DNA of 63,919 nt, filler included, from Octopus bimaculoides (GCF_001194135.2; 5 parts of 4 records of this genome joined end to end with filler, not necessarily neighbours in it), one strand, 5' to 3'. Positions 39,165-52,143 are shown, numbered from the whole stretch's first letter. Numbers and translations: made by a program. Notes: a model not told the origin generated them from the sequence alone.

Positions 39165-40320
39165 AACATTGGGTGTCACCTCGGAATTACCATAGACGAT
39201 AAGACGTCAATTCTGTTTCACGATTATTCCAACTGGGTACAAAAAGATGATCCGCTACTCCCTGTATCCATGGGGCTCTTTCCATGGGAGACGTTCTGGC
39301 TGTCTAAAGTCATATGCGCTGCCACTCCATGGATGGTTCCGACGGACCGGATACGCATATTTCAAAATTTCGGTTTTTTATAACTGTCACGATCAACTTA
39401 ACATATTTAACTACCTGGATGTTTTTAGACAATGAGAAGCACCTATTTTACGACTTCAGAAATTTGAATGAAGTACCTGTTTACGTTCACCAACATTCCA
39501 ATCGAACTCCAGCACTAATCAGAATATTGGTTCCACGTATCATCTGAAGCGTCACTGTCGTCGAGTAAAGAGATATTTGACAAGGTGGCAGTCCATTACA
39601 GTGGGGATCCAGCAGCAAGTAGCTTTAAACATAAGTTATAATATATGGATGAATCCCCCACTGCGCCCTCAAATACTTGAAAAATAATCTCGTATGATAT
39701 TCCCATCAACTTTGATGTCTCTGTAGATATAAACAGGGGCTTCCATATTTAGATAATATTTCCTTAGAACTCCAAAATATCCTAAAACTTTGATTTTGCT
39801 TAGCTTCAACGGCAGCTATTCATGGTTAGGTAACATCGCATCAAAAATCATTCAGTACAATAAACACAAAGTCGCTTCCTTAGAAGCTTCATAAACACTT
39901 CCCCTGCAACTGCTCAACTCATACTAATTTGTGCACGAGGTGGATCCTTCCACTCTAAAGTCGTGAGGCACTTCCACACCAATTGGTTATTACAAGACAC
40001 TACAGAGCGACGACTGTCAACTACTTCAAATACAGACACGTGCTGGATTGGCAATCTTTCAGCTGTAAGAGACAGAGAACCTGCAATTCCTTGTCCCGCT
40101 TCACCTGCAGACTCCGAAACCTTAATAACACTTTCACCAACATCAAACAGTCTAAACCTAAGAGGGTTTCACTTCACTCGCCATGAACTCGTGATTGCCA
40201 ACCTTGCTTCTATAAAAAGCTGTACATACTCCAACAGTCTGCAATTTCTCTATTTAACAAGACAGATGTTTCTTTTTTATAATAAATTAAATGCGGTTTT
40301 AATGAATTACAAACCACTCA
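39165..40320 (+). mobile_element. Highly decayed LINE (Jockey/I-group-like) fragments
   Basis: HLGITIDDKTS resembles the YLGxxxDxKL motif of the RT C-terminus; FTRHELVIA resembles the FTxxEL motif of the RT N-terminus. Weak, by eye only. Confidence 0.35.
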
Positions 40321-40399
40321 CAACTGATTAGAGAGATAAACGTCTCTATTCCGTACTCTACTATACATGCTGCCCACAAAGGTCATTATCTTTTTACAC

Positions 40400-41335
40400 G
40401 TCTTCGCTAAAGAAAACATACAGGGGAATTAGTGACATTAACATGAAGAATGTTTTCCCCTACCACCTCGTGTAGCTAAATTATTAGTTCCACCCTGTGA
40501 CTGTAACTGCCCATTGGATATAAACTCTCATGCTCTAATCCAGAAGTCATTTTTCTGCCACCCTGTGCTTTCAGTATTGATGATGCTGACGTGCCAAACG
40601 AGGGTGGGAAATTTGAGGGTTCTACGTGTTTGCGTGTATATTTGTAACTGTGAGAGGAGGGGAGATTAGTGTAAGAGGTGGAGGGTTGGTACTGGTGACT
40701 GTGGGAGCCGTTTGAGGGTTCTGCGTGTTTGCGTGTATGTTTGTAACTGTGGGTGGAGGGGAGATTAGTGTAAGAGGTGGAGGGTTGGTACTGGTGACTG
40801 TGGGAGTCGTTTGGGTGTCAATGTTTGTGAGCATGGGCTGGGGACAAGTGTCCGTGGAAGAAGGCTAGGATCTTTTCTTTTCCCTCCTGGATACTGTACT
40901 CAATTCGCTGTCCAACGCATGCGTCTCCTTTCTCTTCATATTTTGCTGCTCCTCCTTGTTTATCTCTTTGACCAGTGGTGCTGTAGGAGGTGCGGCTGTT
41001 TCCGCAACGGGTGTGGGGTGGGGCTTTTGTTTTCAGTGTTGGAGAGCACTCGGATCTTGTGCCCCTTTTGGCCATATTTAAAATAACTTGACTTTCTGCT
41101 CTCCATCATTACTCTCAGATCGTTTCCTCGCTTACCCTTATGGTGTCTGCAATCAATTCTAGGTCATATTTCTAGGCCTTGACCCTACCAATTTTGTTGG
41201 TGAATTTTCGTGGCAAGGAGGATTGTCACTTTATCCTCCAAGCCCAAAACTATAGCAGCCACCAGTCAGGCAACGTCGACCTCCGGAGGGATTTCTCCTA
41301 GGAGTACCACTTCATTCGATCTCATAGGTGAGGTT
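40400..41335 (-). mobile_element. Tx1/L1-like ORF1 (gag-like) remnant
   Basis: Minus strand: VLLGEIPPEVDVA*LVAAIVLGLEDKVTILL, a degenerate CCHC knuckle (FKYGQKGH..RSEC), then a Pro/Thr-rich repeat region. Confidence 0.55.
40615..40815. repeat. 99-bp tandem duplication (2 units; 33-aa in-frame repeat on the minus strand)
   Basis: gagggttct at 40615 and 40714; encodes PTVTSTNPPPLTLISPP twice in ORF 40622-40834(-). Confidence 0.9.
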
Positions 41336-41344
41336 GAGTGTTAC

Positions 41345-41597
41345 CTGGCCTTATCTACACCTGCTTGTAACCTCGCTGCAGTTTTTCTCCATCTGTAGAT
41401 CTGGCCCAAATCAGACACTGAGTAATTTAACCGGGCCCTCCGTCCAACGTCTCACGACGCTGTTTGGAGGCATCGACTCTCCCCTCCAGGTACCGAATTA
41501 CAAGCCGACTCATTTTTCCTGGTTAACTTTTGCCCCTGCCACCTTTTCGTATATTTTGATGGCGTCTTCTACACGAGGTAACTGCCCTTCATCTCTG
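41345..41597 (-). mobile_element. Tx1/L1-clade RT C-terminal fragment
   Basis: DEGQLPRVEDAIKIYEKVAGAKVNQEK*VGL*FGTWRG...RWTEGPVKLLSV*FGPDL fits the L1/Tx1 pattern (GAKxNxxKS...GxW...YLG) downstream of YADD. Confidence 0.75.
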
Positions 41598-43478
41598 TTT
41601 TCGAGTGGTTTGTTAACTCTTACAGTATTATTATCAAATACCAATAGTTTAGTTTCAACACAGTAATGCATGCTATTTAACATGTCATCTAATTAACGAT
41701 TCCTGTTTTGACCAAGGTTGAAATAATTGTTTGCGTGATGCTTTTTTTTAATTTTTAAAAATGTGAAATGGAAATAACTTTTACCGTCACCGACGGACAT
41801 TCATTAAATTCTTAAATGAAGAAGATTATGGTAAAATCTTTTGATTCGCTCTCCTTTCGGTCATACTTTGTTAAGGATTTTATAAAACAAACCAATACTT
41901 TCTGTTTAGTCAGAAACATGATTAAACGCATCCATTTTGTACATGTTCCACTGAATAACCTGTTTTGTATCATTATATTTCAATTTGCATTCATAATATA
42001 TTGAATGGACCCAATTTCATAATTGCTCAGATTTCGAAGTTGATTAAATTCATCTCTACCAAAACTTTTATTGACGAAGATATGTATATCACGCACGCTT
42101 CATTTGCAAATATATATTTTCTGACCTTGTGCTAAATACAAATCAATAGTAGAAAAACCAGAGGTGAATGCTGGAAATCAAGTAGTTAAAAAAACTCAAA
42201 GAAATCCAATTGCCAAGAATATTCCATTCTAGATTAAATCCAATTTATTTCCTACGCAGCATATAATCTAATTCGTTGCTAATACATATATGGACATGTG
42301 ACTATTCATCAATAATGAAGATAGAGTGACGCAAGGCTTAGCGAAAGAACTAAAAACCTATCCAATTCAATTCACACTCACAAAGATTTTATTTACTACG
42401 ATAAATGGAAATAATTGACGCAAGAATTATCAGTATTTGTGCCTAATAACTTTTTCTAAGCTTTTGTAACTAGCTGGAGGCATTACAGAATTAATGAAAA
42501 TATCTATGAAAGTCAGTAATTGCATACGACAATAAATAAAGCAGCACATACTAACATAGAGCATAAACTATAACATATCAACATAGTTCTATATGGAAGA
42601 GGGCGATGTTAATATACGTTGCATAGTCATAAAAACGAAAATTTCTAAAACTTGATGATTTTCTTTCTTCTCCATAGCCTTTCGTTGAAGAATTTATTAA
42701 TTGAAACATGAACGAAAAAAAAAAAAGAAATAAGCGCAAATCTCTTCGGNNNNNNNNNNAACGTGCAAAGGAATAAAACCAGAGGGATAACCTACTAAAA
42801 TTACTTAAATCAATTGCTCCTAAAAATGAGTATAGTGTCAAATGAATATTCCAAAGCTATTATACGAAATGACAACTTAAAGTAAATTGATAATATTAAA
42901 TCGTATTAAGACAATGAGACATAGGCATTCGAAACGTGCCGACTGATGTAATACATACATATACACAGATATGAAAACAGATATTAAAAAGAAGTGACTG
43001 AATATTGTGAAGAACTAATCTCGTTGGAAATAATATAACAACTATGAATGTATTCGGTGTGTATGAAATATAACTTCTATATAACAGAAAACAACGGTCA
43101 ACGTTTGAATGTAATCACACTAAAGTCTATATAGATATAAAATTCTTATCTCGCATATAGTTAGGGCATAAAAATATTTCAAAATGTACTAAATTCAAAA
43201 GGACAAAGTATTTCTCCTTGATCAATAAATTGCAAGCGTCGAAACAGAGGCCATTTGTAAGTATGAAACAAATAATGGCTACAAAACAGAGATCCAAAAT
43301 GAGGAAGAAAATTTCTAATCTGAAACGCGTAGGATCCAAGCCTAGCCACAAGAACGGAAATTCTATGAAAACCAACACAATCAAATACACGTAAAAGATG
43401 GGCCAACTTGAATAACTGCCACCCAATTCTTATAAATTCAGAATACATACATACATGCGTACATACATACATACATGC

Positions 43479-43516
<38 letters not shown>

Positions 43517-43984
43517 NNNNNNNNNNNNNNNNNNNNNNNNNNNNNNNNNNNNNNNNNNNNNNNNNNNNNNNNNNNNNNNNNNNNNNNNNNNNNNNNNNNN
43601 NNNNNNNNNNNNNNNNNNTATATATATATTGCTACGAACGGAAAAGGGATATATATACTGATGATTTCACGTTCACACGACGAGAACATCGCTCTCTGAT
43701 TTCGAATTTTAAAAAAGAAAATTTAAAATATATTGAGCACAGGGAGGGTTTGATATTGAGAAATATCCCTTTCCCATTAGCTGGATTTGAAACAGTACTC
43801 TAGTAATTCATGCCAGTGGAATTTCGATTGTCTTATCAAAAGCACTGTCTTTTATAAATGTAGGTACTTGATCTCTTGACCTCTACGGTCACCAAGAGTT
43901 AAAAACCATACAAGAGTAACCAAGTTGCGATATAACTGTCTTTCTGGCTACATCACCTGATATATACACAGGTAACCCTCGAGT

Positions 43985-44271
43985 TGTGAGGACAAAGAGA
44001 GACCAGCGGACTAGCAGGGAACACGCACGCTTTTACGCAGCTAGAGAGACTTGACAGGAGGAAGAAAACAAACAGGGGGTGACAGGTGTGAAGTTGAGGC
44101 GGCAGACGCGAACGACAGAGCCAGGATTGTGAACATCGCAGAAGTAAATGAAAGAACTGGCTGCCGTTGTTAAATGTTGCTGTTAAATGAATTAAAAGAA
44201 AAAGAAAGAGAAAATCTTTTCAAAGAACTATCTGTTGTTGTTAAATGTTTTAAAAGAAGAACACTTACTTT
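43985..44271 (+). mobile_element. Possible LTR-like fragment truncated by a gap
   Basis: Starts TGT, purine-rich and GC-richer than its flanks, contains ATTAAA; no partner LTR or internal domain visible. Confidence 0.25.
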
Positions 44272-45118
44272 NNNNNNNNNNNNNNNNNNNNNNNNNNNNN
44301 NNNNNNNNNNNNNNNNNNNNNNNNNNNNNNNNNNNNNNNNNNNNNNNNNNNNNNNNNNNNNNNNNNNNNNNNNNNNNNNNNNNNNNNNNNNNNNNNNNNN
44401 NNNNNNNNNNNNNNNNNNNNNNNNNNNNNNNNNNNNNNNNNNNNNNNNNNNNNNNNNNNNNNNNNNNNNNNNNNNNNNNNNNNNNNNNNNNNNNNNNNNN
44501 NNNNNNNNNNNNNNNNNNNNNNNNNNNNNNNNNNNNNNNNNNNNNNNNNNNNNNNNNNNNNNNNNNNNNNNNNNNNNNNNNNNNNNNNNNNNNNNNNNNN
44601 NNNNNNNNNNNNNNNNNNNNNNNNNNNNNNNNNNNNNNNNNNNNNNNNNNNNNNNNNNNNNNNNNNNNNNNNNNNNNNNNNNNNNNNNNNNNNNNNNNNN
44701 NNNNNNNNNNNNNNNNNNNNNNNNNNNNNNNNNNNNNNNNNNNNNNNNNNNNNNNNNNNNNNNNNNNNNNNNNNNNNNNNNNNNNNNNNNNNNNNNNNNN
44801 NNNNNNNNNNNNNNNNNNNNNNNNNNNNNNNNNNNNNNNNNNNNNNNNNNNNNNNNNNNNNNNNNNNNNNNNNNNNNNNNNNNNNNNNNNNNNNNNNNNN
44901 NNNNNNNNNNNNNNNNNNNNNNNNNNNNNNNNNNNNNNNNNNNNNNNNNNNNNNNNNATATGTATATATATATATATATAATAACAACATCAACAATAAT
45001 AATAATAATAATATTAATAATAATAATAAAGTGGCAACAAAAGAATCAGACCTCAATATTAGGTAAATAGAGGATTATTTTTGTATGCATAATTTAAGAT
45101 AAACAGTAAACTGTCTTT

Positions 45119-45177
45119 ATAGTACTCGGAGTTTCGAAACTGGGAGTGAAGAGATACGATGCATTCTCGTCGGCTAT
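45119..45177 (-). ncRNA. Hammerhead-like motif, copy 2 (best preserved)
   Basis: Minus strand: ATAG-CCGACGA-GAATG...GTTTC-GAAA-CTCCGAGT-A-CTAT. Stem I ATAG/CTAT perfect, stem II 3 bp, palindromic stem III, GUA triplet; the core reads CCGACGA instead of CUGANGA. Confidence 0.62.
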
Positions 45178-45860
45178 TAATGGCAATAGATGCTATGAAA
45201 CACCGTTCAATAAAGGGAAGTTACTCAAATGGGTAGCAAAAAGAAAAAAAGAAAATAATAAAAAGTAGACGCAACCATATTCTCACAATACATAGATATA
45301 AAACCTCCTGCGTTCATAACGTCTACATAGTACCCACATATCCACACACACACACACATACGCACACGTGTAAATATATATGTATATGCGAACGCATTTT
45401 CATCTTCTTATACACATAGGTGTCTGCATGCATACATGTATATTTAGACATTTATGCATCTAAATATACGTATATATATACAGGTATACATTCACACTCC
45501 CGCATATACGTATATACATACATATATATATATAGATATATATATATACATACACACACATATATATATACATATATATATATATATAAAGTGTAGTATA
45601 TTGCCACTTAAGTGTGGCTGACCCCTAGGGGTNNNNNNNNNNNNNNNNNNNNNNNNNNNNNNNNNNNNNNNNNNNNTTAATTAATTAANNNNNNNNNNNN
45701 NNNNNNNNNNNNNNNNNNNNNNNNNNNNNNNNGCAGTTGTGACAGTATTTAATTAAAATAGACACTTATTTAACATACGTAATGTATGCACAGTGTCGAT
45801 AGCCAAGTTTCTGCGGCATTTGTCCTGAGAAATCATGTGCCGGCCAAAAAGAAAAGATCC

Positions 45861-45963
45861 CTTATTTCATCGACCCCGAAAGAATGAAAGGTGGAGTCGA
45901 CCTCGGCGGACCTCGGCTAAGCATTATGCCCGGCGTACTAACGATTCTGCAAGCTTGCCGCCT
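45861..45963 (-). mobile_element. SINE family B, internally deleted
   Basis: atcgaccccgaaagaatgaaagg...gtcgacctcggcgga...aagcatt...aacgattctgc...gccgcct. Confidence 0.8.
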
Positions 45964-46424
45964 AACGTATATAAACAAAATCAAAAGTATATTTTATTCG
46001 AGAAAAATCATTTATTATTATTTTAAAACTGCAAGAAAAAAAAAAAGAGATATCTTTTAAGAAAAATAGTCGTGATTTAGTTCCATTGTATTTATATTTA
46101 CATTTTGAAAGACAGTTTGAAAATAAATAGCAAAAAGATATTATTTAAAAAATAATTTGTTATTATTTTCAGTATACAATAAGTTGTTTAAAACATTAAC
46201 CGACATTAAGTTTAGATTTATTTCTGTCTTTCTCTGCATATGTCTTTTAATAATTTTTCTTTTATTAGTTTGAATATATCTGAAGACCAATGAATCTTTC
46301 GGCAAATATTTTTTGTACGAATGTTTTCGATGAACGTATCGTAGCTCGTACTTACATACATACATAGTTTGCAGTTCCGTTATAGCTCGGACCAACAAAA
46401 AAAGTACTCCATCCTGTCTATAGT

Positions 46425-46735
46425 TGCTGTTGTTGTTTGTTCCTTCTCGAGCAATGCCTGGCTCATAATGGCTGGTTTCCCGGTTCCATTGGCGTATAGG
46501 TTTCCCACCTGGACGGGACGCCGGTCTGTCACAGGTAAGTTGCTAGATGCAGGAGGAGAGTAAGAGAAAGTTGTGGTGAAAGAATCAGCAGAAGTTCGCC
46601 ATTACCTTCTGTTAGAAGCCGCGTGGAGCCTAGGTGTTTCGCTCATAAACACACACATCGCCCAGTCTGAGATTCGAAGCCGCGATGCCTTGACCGTGAG
46701 TCCGCTGCTCTAACCACCAAGCCATGTACCTCCAC
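46425..46735 (-). mobile_element. tRNA-derived SINE, family distinct from A-D
   Basis: Minus-strand head gtggaggtacatggcttggtggttagagcagcggac...ggcttcgaatctc (A and B boxes), followed by a unique body. Confidence 0.75.
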
Positions 46736-47546
46736 CCTGTATATCATTAATATACACAATTTACATAAGACCTAATTGTTTCATGCTTTAGAGCTGCAAG
46801 GAATCGGTATAACATGCCATGCATCTACAAGCGGTCTTTCAGGCTCAGTGCAAAGAAAACTGTTAGTAGCTCTTTTGTAAATTCTACATATTAAACGATA
46901 CACACATACATACATATACACACACGGACACACTCAGACATATATATATACTTAATTATATCGAAGAGAAATGGAAATTAATAAAAATTTTCACTTCCAG
47001 TGGTCTAGCGTATAAAAGTTTAGTCCAAAGACTAATGAATTACTAATAAGATACAGTGTATATTTNNNNNNNNNNNNNNNNNNNNNNNNNNNNNNNNNNN
47101 NNNNNNNNNNNNNNNNNNNNNNNNNNNNNNNNNNNNNNNNNNNNNNNNNNNNNNNNNNNNNNNNNNNNNNNNNNNNNNNNNNNNNNNNNNNNNNNNNNNN
47201 NNNNNNNNNNNNNNNNNNNNNNNNNNNNNNNNNNNNNNNNNNNNNNNNNNNNNNNNNNNNNNNNNNNNNNNNNNNNNNNNNNNNNNNNNNNNNNNNNNNN
47301 NNNNNNNNNNNNNNNNNNNNNNNNNNNNNNNNNNNNNNNNNNNNNNNNNNNNNNNNNNNNNNNNNNNNNNNNNNNNNGTGTTTAAATATACACTGCATCT
47401 TATATATATATATATCAAACAAAAAATAAAGTTGAAAATCTTTCAGAAGATTTATTTATAGTTAACCGATTTCACTTTGACCTGATGTTCAAATGTAGTG
47501 TGAGACGGAAGAACCTGGAGTTACACAGTTTCTGTTTGCACTGTAA

Positions 47547-47764
47547 GGCGGTGAGCTGGCAGAAACGTTAGCACGCCGGGCGAAATGCTTAGCTGTATTT
47601 CGTCTGTCTTTATGTTCTGAGTTCAAATTCCACCGAAGTCGACTTTGCCTTTCATCCTTTAGGGGTCGATAAATTAAGTACCAGTTGCGTCCTGGGGTCG
47701 ATCAAATCGACTAGCTCCATCCCCCAAAATTTCGGGCCTTGTGCCTAGAGTAGAAAAGAGTATT
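47547..47764 (+). mobile_element. SINE family B, full-length well-preserved copy
   Basis: Head ggcggtgagctggcagaaacgttagc, B-box gagttcaaattcc, centre ggggtcgataaattaagtaccag, tail gggccttgtgcctagagtagaaaag. Confidence 0.9.
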
Positions 47765-48975
47765 TGTTTCCACCGTGGCTGGTGTTTGAAAATCATAGAA
47801 TTAAGAAACCGGATAAGTGGAAATAAGTAATACTCTTTCAAAGACTCTTGAGGCATTTTGAATCTTACACACACACACGCGCGTCTACATATACCTGCAT
47901 ATATATACATATATATATATAAGTACTAAGGGTAAAACTTATTATCAAAAAATAGCAATTCATACCAGTGGCCAGCATGCGTAAAAAAGGTCCAAGGGCT
48001 GTAAGTTATATTCAAGCAGAAGAGGAAAGCCACTAAGTGGTTTCCTTAAATGCTGAAAGTAGACGCCAAATTGTCTAACCACGAAAATTGCGTTCTCATT
48101 TGGATGTACTTGTGCATGACACTATGAAAAGATATAAAGGACCAGTTATACATACACACACATATATATATATATATGAGCACACTACAGCCACAACGGC
48201 GGCGACGACGACGACGACCACCGTCGCCATTATCATCATCACGATCACCGTCACTACCACCAATCCTAACAACAATAACAGCGACAAGGAACCAACAAAC
48301 GACCCTTTATGTGGTCGCACAGTCTGCTAGAAATAACAGCCGGATATCCTTCAAATTACATACCACCAGCTCAGATAAAATGAACTGAATCATGCGGAAT
48401 TTGCTTTTTTGTTTTTAAGGAAAACTGGATGGCCACGGTTGGGATGCTGTTGATCGCATATCTACTCGATTACGATGTCTCAAGACTAACCACCAACAAC
48501 AATAACAAAAGACAAAAATAATATTAGATTGGAAGGAAAAAATAATAAAGTAGAAAACAAAAGAAAAAACAAAAAAAATGAGTAATTCCTCGACCGGAAT
48601 CGAACGACACGTCTCTAACTCACTGGACAAAGAAGTTATTTGCTATGCAAGGAAGGGTAACGCCGACCCGATTACAATTACAATAGAGGTGTCCAGTTGT
48701 TTACTTAACCGTTAACTTGTCACGACCGTCACGTGTAACGTCTGGAAATCATGTGCAGAACTACTCTCTCGCCTGCTAATATCTAATTTTATAAGATATT
48801 ATATTGATTCAATGTATAGACAAGTATTAACCCTCAACCTCAATATGAAAACAAATTACAAACTATGAATAACTGAATTTATCATAATATGAATAAATTG
48901 CAAGAATAAATCATTGATTTCTAACAGAAGTACACGACAACTAACACTCAGAGACATATACAGACACACACACAG

Positions 48976-49168
48976 TTTTTGGGAGTGCAATATAGTCGAC
49001 TATAGCCGTTCGTAATGTTTGACTGGTATGTATTTAATCAACCCGAAGAGGATGAATGCTTTTGCCTACACCGACGGAATGCAGGGGTTTTGATATAAGA
49101 ACGTTAAAAGACGTAACTAAACCCTTACCTTATTCACCATGTTAACGATTCCGTCAATCTACCGCCCT
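48976..49168 (-). mobile_element. Old, diverged SINE family B copy
   Basis: gactggtatgtatttaatcaacccgaagaggatgaa... and gttaacgattccgtcaatctaccgcc are remnants of the centre and head. Confidence 0.55.
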
Positions 49169-49420
49169 TAGAATAAATTATATTAACCACTATTTTCAAC
49201 AAAGTATAAACTGAAAGGTATTACAAAATATTATGTATGTGTAAAGAAAAGAGAATGGAAAATAGAACATGACTTGGGATTGATTCTCGTCATCACTTGT
49301 AGATAGGGTTTCCTACTATGCTGTTTTTGCAGGGGATGGCTCTGAGTACATACATACATACATACATACATACATAATGTGAACATTGAAAAGGCTGTAA
49401 GACATGACATGATCATCATT

Positions 49421-49903
49421 AGAACCAAGTTCCCTCAAACTGTGCTGGTCTTAGGGTGTATCTCCAAATATGTTGATGTCATGCAACCCCACATCTTTGA
49501 AAAGGGCCTTAGGTTCAATTCGGTCGGCTATTTGGAGCTACTCGGGATTGTGGTCAAGTCCTACTGGAGAGGGTTGCTGTTGGAAGGCTACATGTGTGAC
49601 TGCAGGATCCGGTCCCTTGCAAGGGTCAGAAATGGTTGTCGGAAAATTTCTACGATTTTATCAGGCCCAATTTCTGGTTTCCTAATTCGCTCGATTTTAA
49701 TTTCTATGGGTTTTAATTAATATGTGTGAGACGCGATTTACAAAGACACGAACTGCTCTCTCTGCAATATCAAAGCCGAGCTTGTGGCCAAGATGAAGAA
49801 GGTGTTCGAAAATGTTCCCAACGACGCAGTGAGGAACGCATGCACCAGCTTCAGAAGCCGTCTTGAGGCCGTGGTGCAAGCTGAGGGCAGTCACTTTGAG
49901 TAA
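49421..49903 (+). mobile_element. Tc1/mariner-superfamily transposase remnant (C-terminal catalytic region)
   Basis: RTKFPQTVLVLGCIS...PHIFEKGLRFNS, QKWLSENFYDF..PNFWFPNSLDFN (degenerate WPPNSPDLNP), terminal RSRLEAVVQAEGSHFE*; frameshifted. Confidence 0.85.
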
Positions 49904-50062
49904 ATTTATTTCTCAACCATGATCTGATAGTTTTGAATTTAGAAAAAAAAAATGCTTTTATTATTTTTAAATGGGATATTGTGTTTTCTTGTTTTTCCTT
50001 TTATAGAAACTGTTAAATGTAGACAGAACACTCTGCATACACTATATCAATTTGTATATGTA

Positions 50063-50064
<2 letters not shown>

Positions 50065-50123
<59 letters not shown>

Positions 50124-50140
50124 GTCTATCTATCTGTCTA

Positions 50141-50223
<83 letters not shown>

Positions 50224-50226
50224 GTC
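50065..50226. repeat. Compound (TCTA)n/(TCTG)n tetranucleotide array
   Basis: Read directly; a similar array lies at ~62605-62740. Confidence 0.95.
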
Positions 50227-51973
50227 TGTGTGTATTTTTACCGAGTGTCAGTTAATGATTCATTGTATCTTGGTGCTTCTTGATTCACACGTGTCATCAA
50301 ACAGATATTAAATAATTAAAGCTATGTTCGCAACGCACTGCGTAGGTCAATTCTTACTTGTCAAAACATATCACAAAGTGGAATATTTTATTGGTGAATT
50401 ATACAGCTATGTGGGGGAAGTACTTTTCGACGCTTAGTGGATCTGAAAGCTATTGATTTGAGCCTGTAACCAAAGGCTTTCGAGTTTGTGGAAACTGTCC
50501 AGAGGACACCTCTTGCAGTAGTGATCTCAGTTAAAGCCTGCAATTTTGTAATTCATTTAAGTAGAGGGAGTCATTATCAACAATGCTTAATGTCATTGCA
50601 GAACGCCCAGATCTTTGCTACTTAAGTTTCCAAAGGAATTGGGATAAAGAAGTCAAGTTTTCTGTTCTTTGATCTAAGTGGATGTGGAAGCTGTTAGTAA
50701 CATCTTTTAAAACTGTTCGCAGCTACTCTTATATAATTTGTCTTGATATCCTTTAGGCACAAGTGCACGATATACCATTGCTTAGGAAAGACAGGATGCT
50801 TCGAATAAGCAAGTCGGTGGATTTCAGCAGTTATAAATTGCCTGTGGAGGTAGGGCTATATACGTGAATATAATTGCTAGAATTATCATGGACAGGGATG
50901 CAACTTTCCATACGTTTCTTACGTAACAGAAAATGTTCTGTTGATCATGACAATCTATAGAACGAGGTACAAGAGCTTATAAAATAACTGTTTCAAACGA
51001 AATAAATTGCTTCTGAAAATTCTTCTGCAATTATGTTTATATGATTAAATATGAAGTCTTGTTTTGCAATGCAGAGTTAAAGAATCAACTTTGTAAATAA
51101 ATGCAGACATTTACACACCGGGTTAATCCCGATTAGTTGTGCATTATTTTGGAAATAACAGAGAGACATCATCTCAGTTCATATTCTCTTAAGAAGTGAA
51201 ATGGTACATTGGATTTCGTAACTTCCATTTTATAAGGAAAGACAATTTGTTCAATGTAATGTTTCCTTAAAAAAAAAAAATAAATAAGAAAAATCCCCGG
51301 GATTCTTTTGATAAAACGCCTGCTAAATCAGGGCTGAACTGAACTGAACAGAACAACAGCAGTAGTAAAAAAAAAGAAAATATCATCGTCGTCGTCGTCG
51401 TCAACAACAACAACAACAACAGCGGCAGCAGCAACAACAACAACAACAATCTAAATCAAATAAACCAGCTACATAGTTAAGCTGCTATGGTTTAGCCGAA
51501 GCATTATAATTGAAACAGAAGTACATCATTGTAATGAATCCCCCTTTCATTTCGATGAATGATTGAAATAGCTTTAACAAGTATTTCGGATCTTTTAGCA
51601 GGAAAAACTTTATATAATTTGTTTAAAATGTTTATGATCACTCAATTAAGGCTTCTTAAGCCTCAATACATTCATTTATCTTTTTGTCAGAACTTAAGGA
51701 GCTTTTACCAACGTTCTTTTGCTTTTGAGCCGGTATTTCGTAACCGGAAAAATGAGTGTCGCTTGTTCGTTGTATATTTTTATATCATAAAAAAATTTCG
51801 AATCAAATAAGAAATCTCAGGCAAATGGCTATTCAAATACGAGTGGTAGTTGTTATTTAGCTTTCAGTTAACCCTGATTAATCAAACTTAAGACCATAGG
51901 CTTTCCAACCGTGACTTTTTCACATTTTTTCAAATATATTTCAAATTTATGCCACAAGGGCAGGTATGGGCAG

Positions 51974-52131
51974 GTGGGGATGATTCAGTTACAATCGACC
52001 CAAGTGTTCAACTGGTATTTATTTCATTGACCCCGAAATGATGAAAGGTAAAAGTCGACCTCGGCGGAATTTGAACTCAGAACATGAAGCATTTTCCTCG
52101 GCGTGCTAACGATTCTGCTGGCTGACCGCCT
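51974..52131 (-). mobile_element. SINE family B (internal deletion), member 1 of a tandem trimer
   Basis: ccccgaaatgatgaaagg...gtcgacctcggcggaatttgaactcagaac then jumps to aagcatt...gctaacgattctgctggctgaccgcc. Confidence 0.85.
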
Positions 52132-52143
52132 TCATAGTTTCAT

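Noticed and set aside
33300-48660. tRNA-like sequences (33305-33378, 46670-46735, ~48585-48650) as tRNA genes
   Set aside because: A/B-box remnants without a complete cloverleaf; the first two are attached to SINE bodies and the third is too degenerate to call.
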